Source: an uncultured Thermoleophilia bacterium (GTDB lineage: Bacteria > Actinomycetota > Thermoleophilia > UBA2241). Taken from it: 64,000 bases of DNA. The DNA lies in NCBI GenBank assembly GCA_963702475.1, contig CAVPCT010000004.1, positions 320,001 through 384,000 on the forward strand, in the 5' to 3' direction. This document shows positions 18,037 through 28,030 of this stretch, one piece after another (positions within the stretch are counted from its first letter, which is position 1; each line of letters starts with the position of its first letter). The notes beneath the pieces are model-generated. The model made no database searches. It had not been told where the DNA came from and worked only from the letters and a program-made list of their open reading frames with translations. A program made the translations under genes and the position numbers.

Positions 18037-19770
18037 TGGCACACCACCTCCATCATGCCGTCGATCATGCTCTTGATCTGGGCGTCGGTGTAGCCCTGCA
18101 GGTCGATGGCGTCGGACGGGCACACCGGTACGCAGCCGCCGCAGCCCTTGCAGGCCGTCTTGCAGATCGCGGCGATCTCCTTGCCGTCGAGCGGGACCTT
18201 GGTGATCGCGTCGTAAGGGCAGGTGAACTCGCAGGCGCCGCACCAGGTGCAGGCGCCGTCGTCCACGGTCGCGACCAGCGGGTCGAGCTCGGCGTAGCCG
18301 CGCTTGAGGATGGCCGCGCTCTGCGTGACGGCGGCGAGGCCGGAGGCCACGGCCTCGGACGAGGTACGCGGTGCCTGGCAGGCGCCGCAGATGTAGGCGC
18401 CGTCCACGACGGTCTCCACCGGGCGGAGCTTGGGGTGGATCTCGTTGTAGAAGCCGCTCTGGCCGATGGGGAGCTTGAGCGCCTTGGTCAGGCCCTCGTT
18501 CTCGCGCGGCACCATGCCGGTGACCAGCACGACGAGGTCGGCCGTGAGCGCGACCTCTTCGCCCTCGCTCAGGAGGTCGCGGGCCGTGACGGTCACGCCG
18601 CCCTTGGCTGCCTTCTCGATCGTCGGCGGCTCGTCGTCGGGGAACTTGATGAACGCCGAGCCCTTCTCCAGCGCCTCGGCGTACAGGAGCTCGTACTTAC
18701 CGTAGGTGCGGATGTCGCGGTAGAAGTGGTACTGGTGCACGCGGCCGGGCAGGTCGGCGACCAGGGTCGCCGTGTGCACGGCCGAGGTGCAGCAGTAGCG
18801 GGAGCAGTAGGTGTTGCCGCCCTCCACGTCCTCTCCTTGCCGGGAGCCGACGCAGTAGATGTAGGCGACGGTGTTGACCGGGCGGCCGCTGTGCTTCAAG
18901 GGGCCGCCCGCCTCCACCATCTTCTTGAACTCGGCGATGGTGACGACGCCGTCAAGGCCCCAGCCCAGCTCGCCGTCGGCCGGCTGGTACGCGTCCGCGC
19001 CGGTGGCGATGACGATGGAGCCGACGTCGACCTGGATGGTCTCGAGCTGCTCGCCGTTGTGCACGCCGAGCGTGACCTGGTAGTTGCCGAAGCTGCCCGC
19101 CTTGGCGATCAGCTCGGCCTGCGTGAACACGGTGATGGCCGGGTGGCTGCGGACCTTGTCCTCCAGCTCCGCGATGAGCGCCACGCCGTTGCGGCCGTGC
19201 GGGAACATGTCCCGGAACTGGCCGACCCAGCCGCCGAGCATGGCCTCCTTCTCGATGAGGAAGACCTGGAGGCCGATCTCGGCGAGGCCGAGGGCGGCGC
19301 GCAGGCCGGTGACGCCGCCGCCCACCACGAGGCTCTCCGGCGTCGTCTCGACGACGATCGGCTCGAGCGGCTCGGTGAGGCGGGTGCGGTTGATGCCGGC
19401 GCGCACGAGGCGCAGGGCCTTCTCGGTGGCGCCGGCGTGGTCGTCGGTGTGCGTCCACGAGCACTGCTCGCGCACGTTCACCTGCGTGTACTGGAACGGG
19501 TTCATGCCGGCGCGCTTGGCGACGTCACGGAACGTGTAGGTGTGCAGCTTGGGCGAGCAGGAGGCGATGACGAGCCCGTCCAGGCCCTGCTCGTGTGCGT
19601 CGTCGATGATCTCGCTCTGGGTGGCGTCGGAGCAGGTGAACATGGCCGTCTTGGCGACGGTCACGCCCTCTCTCCTTCTCGACGCCGGCGACGACCTCGT
19701 CGACGTTCACGTAGTCGCCGATGTTGCCGCCGCACTGGCAGACGTAGACGCCGATCTTCCTGGCGCTCAT
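18033..19770 (-). CDS. hdrA: HdrA-like flavoprotein with C-terminal 2x[4Fe-4S] (frameshift near 19670)
   Basis: KIGVYVCQCGGNI, FTCS, ASCSP, NVREQCSW, GGGVTG, CVGSR..YCSRYCC, HPKLRPVET, CTWCGAC...CKGCGGC. Confidence 0.85.
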
Positions 19771-22539
19771 GAGGCCACCTTCACTTCCTGCGCCTCGGGC
19801 ACGCTCGCCGTGGCGCCGGCCTCTTTGGCCTTCGCCTTCTCGATGTGCGCCGCCGCCTGCGCCACCGCGGCGCCGGCGTGGAGGATCGAGTCGGGGATGT
19901 CCTTGACGCCCGAGGCCGAGCCGGCCACGAACACGCCGGGCAGGTTGGTACGGCCGGGGTCCATGTCGTCGTCGGCCTCGCCGACCCAGGCGAACTCGTC
20001 CAGGGCCAGGCGGCCCTCGTCGAACAGCTTGGTGACCTCGAGGTTCGGGCGCACGCCTGTGGCCAGCACGACCATGTCGTACTCGGCCTCGACGATGCCG
20101 CCGTCGCCCTCGACGTCCTCGTAGCGGACGACGAGGTTGCCGTTCTCGAGCTCGCTGATCTTGGCGACGCGGCCCTTGATGAACATGGCGCCCATGTCTT
20201 TGGCCTGCGTGTAGAACTCGTCGTAGCCCTTGCCCACGGCGCGCACGTCCATGTAGTGGACGGTCACGTCGGCCAGCGGCAGGGCGCCCATGACGAGCTG
20301 GTTGTGCTTGACGGAGTACATGCAGCAGATGCGCGAGCACAGCGGGTTGTCCACGTGTGCGTCGCGCGAGCCGGTGCAGAGGATGTAGGCGATGCTGTCC
20401 GGCACCTTGCCGTCGCCGGGGCGCACCACCGCGTTGAACGGGCGCGTGGGGGCGAGCAGGCGGTCCATCTGCATGCCGGTGATGACGTTGGCGAACTTGC
20501 CGTAGCCGTACTCCGGCTTGGCGTCCGCGGGGAACAGGGTGTAGCCGGTGGCGAGGACGACCGGCCGCGGCCTCGACCTCGATGTCCTCGCCCTGCTGGC
20601 TGAAGTCGATGCAGTCGGCGGGGCAGATGTCCACGCAGGCGTGGCACTCGGAGCACACGCCGCAGTCCAGGCAGCGGGCCGAGCCGAGGAAGGCCTCGTC
20701 TTCGCTCATCGGACCCTCGGTCTCGCGGAAGTCGGTCGGCGAGGCGCTCATCACGGCGTGCGCTCTCGAGGGGCTCGCGCCGGTCGTAGACGTCCTGGCG
20801 CGCCAGCACCTTCTTCTTGTCCGCCACCGGCAGGTGCTCGTCGAAGAGGGCCGGCGTCCAGGGCCTCGCCCTGCAGGTAGCGGTCGATCATGAAGGCGGC
20901 GCGCCGGCCCTGGCCGACGGCCGTGGTGATCATGCTGGGGCCGGTGACGACGTCGCCGGCGGCGAAGACGTGCGGCACCGCCGTCTGGCACGTGCCGGCG
21001 TCGGCCTTGAGCGTGCGGTTCGGGTTGGTCTCGAGACCGAAGCTCTCGGTGTCGGCGCCCATGCCGGCGGCGACGATGACGACGTCGCACTCGACGGTCT
21101 GCTGCTTGCTCTCGTCGTACTCCGGGGCGAAGCGGCCCTCGGGGTCGAACACGCAGGTGCAGACCTTGAGCTCGGCGCTCTGCACGGGGCCGCCACCGGT
21201 GAAATGGTTCACGCCCCAGCCGTCGTGCAGGACGATGCCCTCCTCCTTGGCCTCTTTGACCTCGAAGTCGTGGGCGGGCATGTCTTCGCAGCACTCGAGG
21301 CTGGCCTGGTGCACATCGGCGGCGCCGAGGCGGCGGGCCGTGCGGGCGGCGTCGATGGCCACGTTGCCGCCGCCCACCACGAGCACCTTCTTGCCGGCCG
21401 AGCTCGACGTCCTTGCCGAGCTTGACGTCGGCGAGGAAGGTGAGGGCGCTCTGGACGCCGCCCTTCTCCTCGCCGGGGACGTTGAGGCGCACGGCGCGGT
21501 GCGTGCCCGTCGCGACGAGCACGGCGTCGAAGCCTCCTGCTGAGCGCGGCCACGATCGTCGACAGCGTGCCGGTCTCGATCTCGACGCCGATGCGCGGTG
21601 ACGTTGGTGACGTCGTCGTCGACGACGTCGTTGGGCAGGCGGTAGGCGGGGATGCCGAGCGCAGCAAGCCGCCGGCCGCGCGCGGCCTTCTCGAGGATCT
21701 TGACGCCGTAGCCCTTGCGGGCGAGCTGGCGGGCGGCGGTGAGGCCGGCCGGGCCCGAGCCCACGACGGCGACCTTCTTGCCGTTCTGCTCGGGCTTCTC
21801 TACGGCGCTTGGTGTCGCCGAGTCCGTAGTGCGTGTCGGCGATGAACCGCTTCAGGCGGCGGATGGGCAGCGGCGCCTTCGAGCTCGCCGCGCGTGCACT
21901 GCTCCTCGCACGGCGCGTAGCAGGCGCGCCCGAGGGAGCCGACCAGCGGCGTCGTCTCCAGGACCAGGTCGAAGGCCTGCTCGTACTCGCCGCTCCGCAC
22001 GCGCGCCACGTAGCCGTGTGCCTTGATGCCCGCAGGGCACTCGTAGCTACACGGCGACACGCCCTCGCGGGTGATGACGGCTTTCTTGGGCACCGCCTGC
22101 GGAAAGGCGATGTAGGCCGCGCGGCGGGAGACCATGTCGGCGTTGAACTCGTCCGGCACGGCCACGTTGCAGGCCATCTCGCACTGGCGGCAGCCGGTGC
22201 AGGCGGCCTCGTCGATGAACTTGGGGTTCTGGCGCACGGTGGCGTGGTAGCCGCCGTTGCCGTCGCTGCGGATGTCCTCGACCTGGGCGTAGGTGAGCAC
22301 GTCGATGTTGGGGTGGTGGGTGGTGGCGCCCATCTTGGGGGTGGAGATGCAGCTGGCGCAGTCGAGCGTCGGGAAGACCTTGCTGAGCAGGATCATCTTG
22401 CCGCCGACGCTGGGCTCCTTCTCGACAACGAGCACCTTGTAGCCCATGTCGCCGAGCTTGAGCGCCGACTCCATGCCGCCGATGCCGCTGCCGACCACGA
22501 GGGCGTCGTACTTGAGCGGTGCCGTTCGACGCCGCTCAT
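19767..22539 (-). CDS. HdrL-like protein: HdrA core with inserted GltD/NfnB-type NAD(P)H oxidoreductase (about 10 frameshifts)
   Basis: GSGIGG, KVFPTLDCASC, CTGCRQCEMAC, PCSYECP, GRACYAPCE, GSGPAG, GGGNVAID, AAGD, CLDCGVCSEC, CTGSR..CSRICC in correct order across frames. Confidence 0.8.
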
Positions 22540-22977
22540 GCCGCCGCCTTCTCCGGCCTGGACGGTCCGAGGCCGGCCAGGGCCGCGCGTACTCGTGCAT
22601 GTAGTTGGTGAAGGGCTCCGCGCACACGGAGCAGATCGCGGCCATGCGCACGCGCTGGGGCTCGTAGCCGTGCTCGATGAGCAGCTCCTGCGCGTCGGTC
22701 ATGATGCCGGCCGTGCGCTCGCCGCAGTCGGGCAGGTACGCGCACTCCTCGCCGTCGGCGGCGATGAAGACGCCGTCGAAGCCCTGCTGCATCGCGTAGA
22801 GGATCCAGCTCGGCTTGATGGCGCTGCTGCACGGAGGCTGATGACGTTGACCGTGGGCGAGTAGTGCATGTGCGAGCTGCCCGCGAGGTCGATGCCCGGG
22901 TCGGAGATGTTGTTGGTGCTGAAGACCAGGATGCGCGGGGCGTAGCCCTGGCCTTCGGATGCCTCAGCCGCGGCCAT
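22536..22977 (-). CDS. MvhD/FlpD-like Fe-S subunit (frameshifts near 22833 and 22585)
   Basis: PRILVF...GIDLAG..HM.Y, L(P)CSS, GFDGVFI, ECAY, P.RV, ICSVC. Confidence 0.75.
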
Positions 22978-22979
22978 CG

Positions 22980-23231
22980 TCACTTCATCTTCTTGACGAA
23001 GAGGCGCATGTAGCCGGGCTCCTCGATCACGCCGAGGTACTCGTGACCCATCTTCTTGGACCACGCGGGGAGGTCCTTGGTGGTGCCGCTGTCGGTGGCC
23101 TGGACTTCCATGATGCCGCCCACGGAGACGCTCGGGATGCCCTTCTTGGCGGCCAGGATCGGGCCGGGGCATGAGGTGCCGCGGGCGTCGACGATCTTCT
23201 CTACCGGCAGGTTGGCGAGATCTTCAGACAT
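22980..23231 (-). CDS. tusA: TusA family sulfur carrier
   Basis: VDARGTSCPGP, ATD.G...DLPAW..K.GHEYLG; AAGGAG RBS. Confidence 0.9.
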   Translation of the reverse strand: MSEDLANLPVEKIVDARGTSCPGPILAAKKGIPSVSVGGIMEVQATDSGTTKDLPAWSKKMGHEYLGVIEEPGYMRLFVKKMK

Positions 23232-23788
23232 GACGCACTCCTTTGTGTTTGTGACTGCTTTCTCAAGCTTGAGCCGCACTGGTCCGCTTCGTGAGCCTGC
23301 GGCTGGTGCCCGGGTCGTGCGGTACTGCTGTGGTGCTCAGGCGCTCGCGGCTCTCGGCGCCTCGGACGGCGCGTCGGCGGTGTCTGCGCGCCGGCCGGCT
23401 CCGTGCCGATGCGGAGGAGGTCCGCGGCCTGCAGCGACTCACCCTGCTCCAGGTACTGCTCCACCAGCGCCTGACGGATGAGCTCGCACGCCTGGATGAA
23501 CTTCTGGTTGGTGACGCGGTAGTAGACGGTCTGCGCCTCCTTGCGAGAGGCGACGAGCCGGCGCTCCTTCAGCACCCGCAGGTGCTGCGACACGTTGTGC
23601 ACCGAGATGCCGATCTCGGCGGCGAGGTCGCCGACGCACTTCTCGCCGTCGCCGATGGCGTGCAGGAGCGCCTGACGGTGCTCGTTGGCCAAGGCCTTGC
23701 ACAACTCGGCGTGCATGTGGAAGACGGCGCTCACGTCGGGAGTCGCAGCCTGTGGCGAAGGGGCGGTGCTGGGGGCGTCTGCGTCCAT
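23201..23788 (-). CDS. ArsR/SmtB repressor heading the Hdr/Qmo-like operon (true stop probably earlier, e.g. near 23337 after a frameshift)
   Basis: LCKALANEHR, NVSQHLRVLK, VYY, QAC. Confidence 0.85.
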   Translation of the reverse strand: MDADAPSTAPSPQAATPDVSAVFHMHAELCKALANEHRQALLHAIGDGEKCVGDLAAEIGISVHNVSQHLRVLKERRLVASRKEAQTVYYRVTNQKFIQACELIRQALVEQYLEQGESLQAADLLRIGTEPAGAQTPPTRRPRRREPRAPEHHSSTARPGHQPQAHEADQCGSSLRKQSQTQRSASCLKISPTCR

Positions 23789-23946
23789 TGGCTCCTTTGC
23801 TGTGTGCGTCCTCGCGTATTTGCGAACTTTCTTATATACGCTACTCCGGAAGGGAGTCAAGTGCAAGCCTTCACAAGACATCGTGCGGGCGGTCGTCACG
23901 TCGCCGGCGAAAGGCCCGACGGACGTGCGTGTGGTAGGGTGCCCCC

Positions 23947-24483
23947 ATGACTGTGAGCACGTTCGAAGGCAAGTCGCCGGTCATCGGCGAGGGCTCCTGG
24001 GTCCACCCCAAGGCCGAGGTCATCGGCGACGTCACGATCGGTGCCCGCTGCTGGATCGGGCCGGGCGCCAGCGTCCGCGGCGACTACGGCACCGTGGTCA
24101 TCGGCGACTGCTGCGCTGTGGAGGACAACTGCGTCGTCCACGCGCGCCCCGGCGAGAAGTGCACCATCGGCTCCTGGGTCACCCTGGGTCACGGCTGCGT
24201 GGTCCACGGCGTCGTGATGCTCGGCGACTACGCCGTGGTGGGCATGAACGCCGTGGTCAGCGACTACGCCCAGGTCGGCGAGTGGGGCATGGTGGCCGAG
24301 GGCGCCGTCGTGCCGCAGGGCGCGGTGGTGCCGGGCGGGCGGGTGGCCGCCGGCGTGCCCGCGCGCCTGCTCGACCGCGAGGTCGATGAGGAGTACCGCG
24401 AGGTCTGGCGCGGCTTCAAGCAGATCTACGTGGGGCTCTGCGACCGGTATCGCGCAGGCTACTCGCCGGTCGACGAGACCTGA
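23947..24483 (+). CDS. gamma carbonic anhydrase-family hexapeptide-repeat protein
   Basis: IGDV.IG, RGD, EDNCVVH, GHGCVVHG, GVPA. Confidence 0.88.
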   Translation: MTVSTFEGKSPVIGEGSWVHPKAEVIGDVTIGARCWIGPGASVRGDYGTVVIGDCCAVEDNCVVHARPGEKCTIGSWVTLGHGCVVHGVVMLGDYAVVGMNAVVSDYAQVGEWGMVAEGAVVPQGAVVPGGRVAAGVPARLLDREVDEEYREVWRGFKQIYVGLCDRYRAGYSPVDET

Positions 24484-24563
24484 CGAGGCTCCCCGCGCGA
24501 CGCCGTCGCGCCGTTCCCTCGCTCAGATGAACCGGCGCCGCGCCGGCTGAGTCGCGGCCGTCA

Positions 24564-25583
24564 TCAGCCCAGGCGTGGGTCCGCCGGCCCGCTTCCCGCC
24601 TCGGTGGCGGCGAGAGCGCGGGCGATCTCGTCCAGGTCCTCGTCGCCGAGCGTCAAGCGCGCGCCGTCGACCCAGCCGTCCACCTGCTCCGGGCTGCGCG
24701 CGCCAACGATCGCGCCGGTCACGCCCGACCAGGCGACGACCCAGGCGACGGCCACGGCGGACGTGGTGGTGCCGTGGCGCTCCGCGATCGGCCGCAGCGC
24801 ATCGCGAAGGGCGAGGCTGCGGCTCAGGCGCGGCTCCCTGAACATCGGCGGCCGGCGCCGCCAGTCGTCCTCTGCCAGCGACCGGACCCGCTCGGCGGTG
24901 AACGTCTCCGTGAGCAGCCCCGACCCGAGCGGGCTGTAGCAGATCACGCCGGTGTCGTGGGCGCAGGCCCACGGCAGCAGCTCTGCGGCGGCCTCGCGCC
25001 GCAGCAGCGAGAACGGCGGCTGCAGTGCGTCGATATGGCCGATGCGCTCGCAGCGGTGCAGCAGGTCGATGTCGAAGTTGCTGACGCCGAGCGACCGGAC
25101 CTTGCCCTCGTCGCGGAGACGGACCATCTCGGCCCACGCCCCCTCGAGCGAGTTGCCCTCGTCGTCCGGCCAGTGGATCTGGTAGAGGTCCACGTGGTCG
25201 AGGCCGAGGCGCCGCAGGGAGTCCTCGAGGCTGCGACGCACCGTCTGCGGCGTCGTGATGCGGCGCGGCGGCGCCGGACGGTCGGCCGGGTCCCACTCCA
25301 GCCCGCACTTGGTGAAGACCAGCGGCCGGGCGTCCGCAGGCAGCGCCCGCACGGCCCGGCCCACCACCTCCTCCGAATGCCCCAGCCCGTACACAGCGGC
25401 CGTGTCGATCCACGTCACGCCCAGCTCGATGGCGCGGTGGATGGCGGCGACCGACCGCTCGTCGTCCTGCGGGCCCCAGCCGAAGGCGTAGCCCCCGCCA
25501 CCTGTCGCCCAGGCGCCGAACCCGGCGAGGCTGATCTCCAGGCCGCTGGAGCCGAGGGGTCGTGCGGGGAGGGTCGAGCACAT
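24564..25583 (-). CDS. aldo/keto reductase
   Basis: GFGAW, IDTAAVYG, TKCG, DLYQIHWP, GVSNF, YSPL. Confidence 0.92.
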   Translation of the reverse strand: MCSTLPARPLGSSGLEISLAGFGAWATGGGGYAFGWGPQDDERSVAAIHRAIELGVTWIDTAAVYGLGHSEEVVGRAVRALPADARPLVFTKCGLEWDPADRPAPPRRITTPQTVRRSLEDSLRRLGLDHVDLYQIHWPDDEGNSLEGAWAEMVRLRDEGKVRSLGVSNFDIDLLHRCERIGHIDALQPPFSLLRREAAAELLPWACAHDTGVICYSPLGSGLLTETFTAERVRSLAEDDWRRRPPMFREPRLSRSLALRDALRPIAERHGTTTSAVAVAWVVAWSGVTGAIVGARSPEQVDGWVDGARLTLGDEDLDEIARALAATEAGSGPADPRLG

Positions 25584-25601
25584 GATCTGTCCTTTCCGCC
25601 G

Positions 25602-26174
25602 TCAGGCGACGTCGTCCGCGAGGGTGTAGCGGAGGGCGAGGCGCTCTACGGCCGCGTGCTCGGTGGAGTAGACGTTCACCGACAGCAGTGGCGGGGCGTA
25701 GAGGTGGATGGTCACCAGGTCCTCTCCGGAGAGGTTCGCGAGCTGGTGGATGCCGGCGCGGTCCAGGCCGGTGAGGCCGCCCGCGCTGACGGCCTCTTCC
25801 GCGGCTAGCGCCACCGGTCCGTGCCCGGGCGCCGCGTCATCGGCGGTAGCGAAAAGCCGCGACGTGAGCCTCCCGCGGTGCACGCGGAGAGCGTTCAGCG
25901 AGCCGGCGTGGTCGTGGATCGTCGACCGCTGGCCCGGGCGCCAGCAGAGGACGAGGAGCTCGATCTCAGGGGTGCGGCACACGAGGTTGCGCGCGTAGCC
26001 GTCCCGCGCGAAGACCGATCGATGAGCGATGAGCTCGTCGTCGAGAGTGAGCGCACCGGCGCATTCGAGCAGATGCGCGTAGGTGAGTTCGCTCCCGGGT
26101 GCGCGTGCCAGCTCGAGCAGGAGGCCGTCGAGGGTGAGCGGGCGGGCCCCGCCGTCGGGGGTGGGTCCGGTCAT
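25602..26174 (-). CDS. cysteine dioxygenase-family (3-His cupin) protein
   Basis: YARNL, LCW.PGQ.S.IHDH, IH, TIHLYAPP. Confidence 0.8.
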   Translation of the reverse strand: MTGPTPDGGARPLTLDGLLLELARAPGSELTYAHLLECAGALTLDDELIAHRSVFARDGYARNLVCRTPEIELLVLCWRPGQRSTIHDHAGSLNALRVHRGRLTSRLFATADDAAPGHGPVALAAEEAVSAGGLTGLDRAGIHQLANLSGEDLVTIHLYAPPLLSVNVYSTEHAAVERLALRYTLADDVA

Positions 26175-26263
26175 GGCAGCGGCGTACCCGAGAGGTCGGA
26201 GTGCGAAACGACCGGGTATGGTGCAGGACGTATGTGCGCTGGGCGTCTGGTGGAGGAGACCGG

Positions 26264-26815
26264 ATGAGCAGGTTCGTCGATCTGCTGCGGGCCGTGAACG
26301 TCTCCGGGCAGAACAGGCTACCCATGGCGGAGCTGCGCGCGGCACTGTCTGAGGCCGGGCTTTCCGGCGTGGAGACGTACGTGCAGAGCGGCAACGTCGT
26401 CAGCGACGATCCGGGCGACGACGCCGCAGCCCACGCCGCCATGGTGCACGACGCGATCGCCATGACGTTCGGCCTCGAGGTGACGGTGCTGACGCTCGCG
26501 GCCGTCGAGCTGGTGGCCGCGGCCGCCGGCAACCCGTTCCTCGCCGTGGATCGGGAGGTGGACCCCAGGTGGCTGTATGTCACGTTTCTCGCGGAGCCGG
26601 TGCAGGCGGCGTCGTTCGAGGCTCGCGACCTGCCTGCCGCAGGGGACGAGGCGGCCGCGCTCTCCGCGGACGGCCGCCTCGTCTACCTGCTGCTGCCGTA
26701 CGGCTACGGACGCACGAAGCTGAACAATGCCTGGTTCGAGCGCGTGCTCGAGGTGCCGGCGACGACCAGGAACTGGCGGACGGTGCTGGCGCTGCAGGGT
26801 CTCACGGTGCGTTGA
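26264..26815 (+). CDS. DUF1697 protein
   Basis: LLRAVNVSG, MAELR, TYVQSGNVV, TTRNWRTV. Confidence 0.88.
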   Translation: MSRFVDLLRAVNVSGQNRLPMAELRAALSEAGLSGVETYVQSGNVVSDDPGDDAAAHAAMVHDAIAMTFGLEVTVLTLAAVELVAAAAGNPFLAVDREVDPRWLYVTFLAEPVQAASFEARDLPAAGDEAAALSADGRLVYLLLPYGYGRTKLNNAWFERVLEVPATTRNWRTVLALQGLTVR

Positions 26816-26999
26816 GCGCGTTGTCCGCGATGCTGCCGCTTCTCGCGCGGGCCTGTCCTCTCCGCGCCCGGGGCGACGACGGCGCCGCCCCGGGCGGTGC
26901 GGCCCTCTCTGCTGCGTCGCTCGGACGGTGCGGCCGTCGGGTACGCTTGCCCGCGTATGGCCCGCCGCGGCGGGCGGCATGCCGGACGCAGGAGGGCCT

Positions 27000-27923
27000 T
27001 TGACGGACGAAAGTGCGCCGGAGGCCGCACACGAGGACGGCACGGCGCGCGGGACGCGGCGTCGTGACTGGGACGCGGCCGACTACGTGGCGCACTCGGC
27101 CGCGCAGCAGGACTGGGCGCGCGAGCTGATCGCGCAGCTGGGGCTGCGCGGCGACGAGCGCATCCTGGACGTCGGCTGCGGCGACGGGCGTGCGACGGCG
27201 ATGATCGCCGAGCGGGTCCCTCGCGGAAGCGTCCTCGGCGTGGACAGCTCGCCGAGCATGATCGCGATGGCGTGCGAGCAGTTCCCGAACGCAGCAGTGT
27301 GGAACGGACCAGTGGCCGAGGACTCCTGCCCGGTAGCGCCGGACCTCGCCGGGGTGGCCGGCCACGGCGCGCTCCGGAACCTCGCCTTCGCGCTCATGGA
27401 CGCGCGCGCCCTCGAGCTGCCGCCCGTGTTCGATGTGGCCTTCTCGACGGCCGCCCTGCACTGGATGTCCGACCACCGGGCGATCCTGCGCGGCGTGCAC
27501 GCCGCGCTCGCGCGTGGTGGCCGACTGCTGTTCGAGATGGGCGGCCGCGGCAACATCACGGAGGCACTCGCCGTCGTGGACGAGGTGCTCGCGCGCTCGC
27601 GCTGGCGAGGCTTCTTCGAGGGTTTCGAGCCGCCGCACCACTTCTACGGGCCCGAGGAGTACGAGCGCTGGCTTCCCGAGGCCGGCTTCAAGATGTGGCG
27701 CGTCAGGGTCTTCGCGCGCGACATGACCCACGCCGGCCGACCCGCGTTTCTCGGCTGGCTGCGCACGACGTGGTTCCCGTACATAGAGCGCGTGCCGCCC
27801 GACCTGGCGTCGGCGTTCGTCGCCGAGATCGCCGACGCCTACGAGGCCGCCCACCCGGCGGATGAGTACGGCGTGTACCACGTCGGCCTCGTGCGTCTGC
27901 AGGTGGAGGCCTCTTCCGTTTGA
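27000..27923 (+). CDS. class I SAM methyltransferase (trans-aconitate methyltransferase-like)
   Basis: WDA.DY, LDVGCGDG, FS.AALHW, GG.GNI; TTG start with GGAGG. Confidence 0.82.
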   Translation: MTDESAPEAAHEDGTARGTRRRDWDAADYVAHSAAQQDWARELIAQLGLRGDERILDVGCGDGRATAMIAERVPRGSVLGVDSSPSMIAMACEQFPNAAVWNGPVAEDSCPVAPDLAGVAGHGALRNLAFALMDARALELPPVFDVAFSTAALHWMSDHRAILRGVHAALARGGRLLFEMGGRGNITEALAVVDEVLARSRWRGFFEGFEPPHHFYGPEEYERWLPEAGFKMWRVRVFARDMTHAGRPAFLGWLRTTWFPYIERVPPDLASAFVAEIADAYEAAHPADEYGVYHVGLVRLQVEASSV

Positions 27924-28030
27924 CCGCGCCGGCACTCGTCGCTCTTGGTGACGAGGTGGAGTACGCTCAGTGCGCCGGCGACCGGCGTGTTCCGGGGACG
28001 GTCGCCGGCCGGACCCAGGAGAAGACGCCG

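Noticed and set aside
16114-22977. Calling the cluster canonical qmoABC (sulfate reduction) or sHdr
   Set aside because: No aprAB/sat, hdrB or lbpA in the window; MvhD is separate and atypical; one HdrA has an NAD(P)H module
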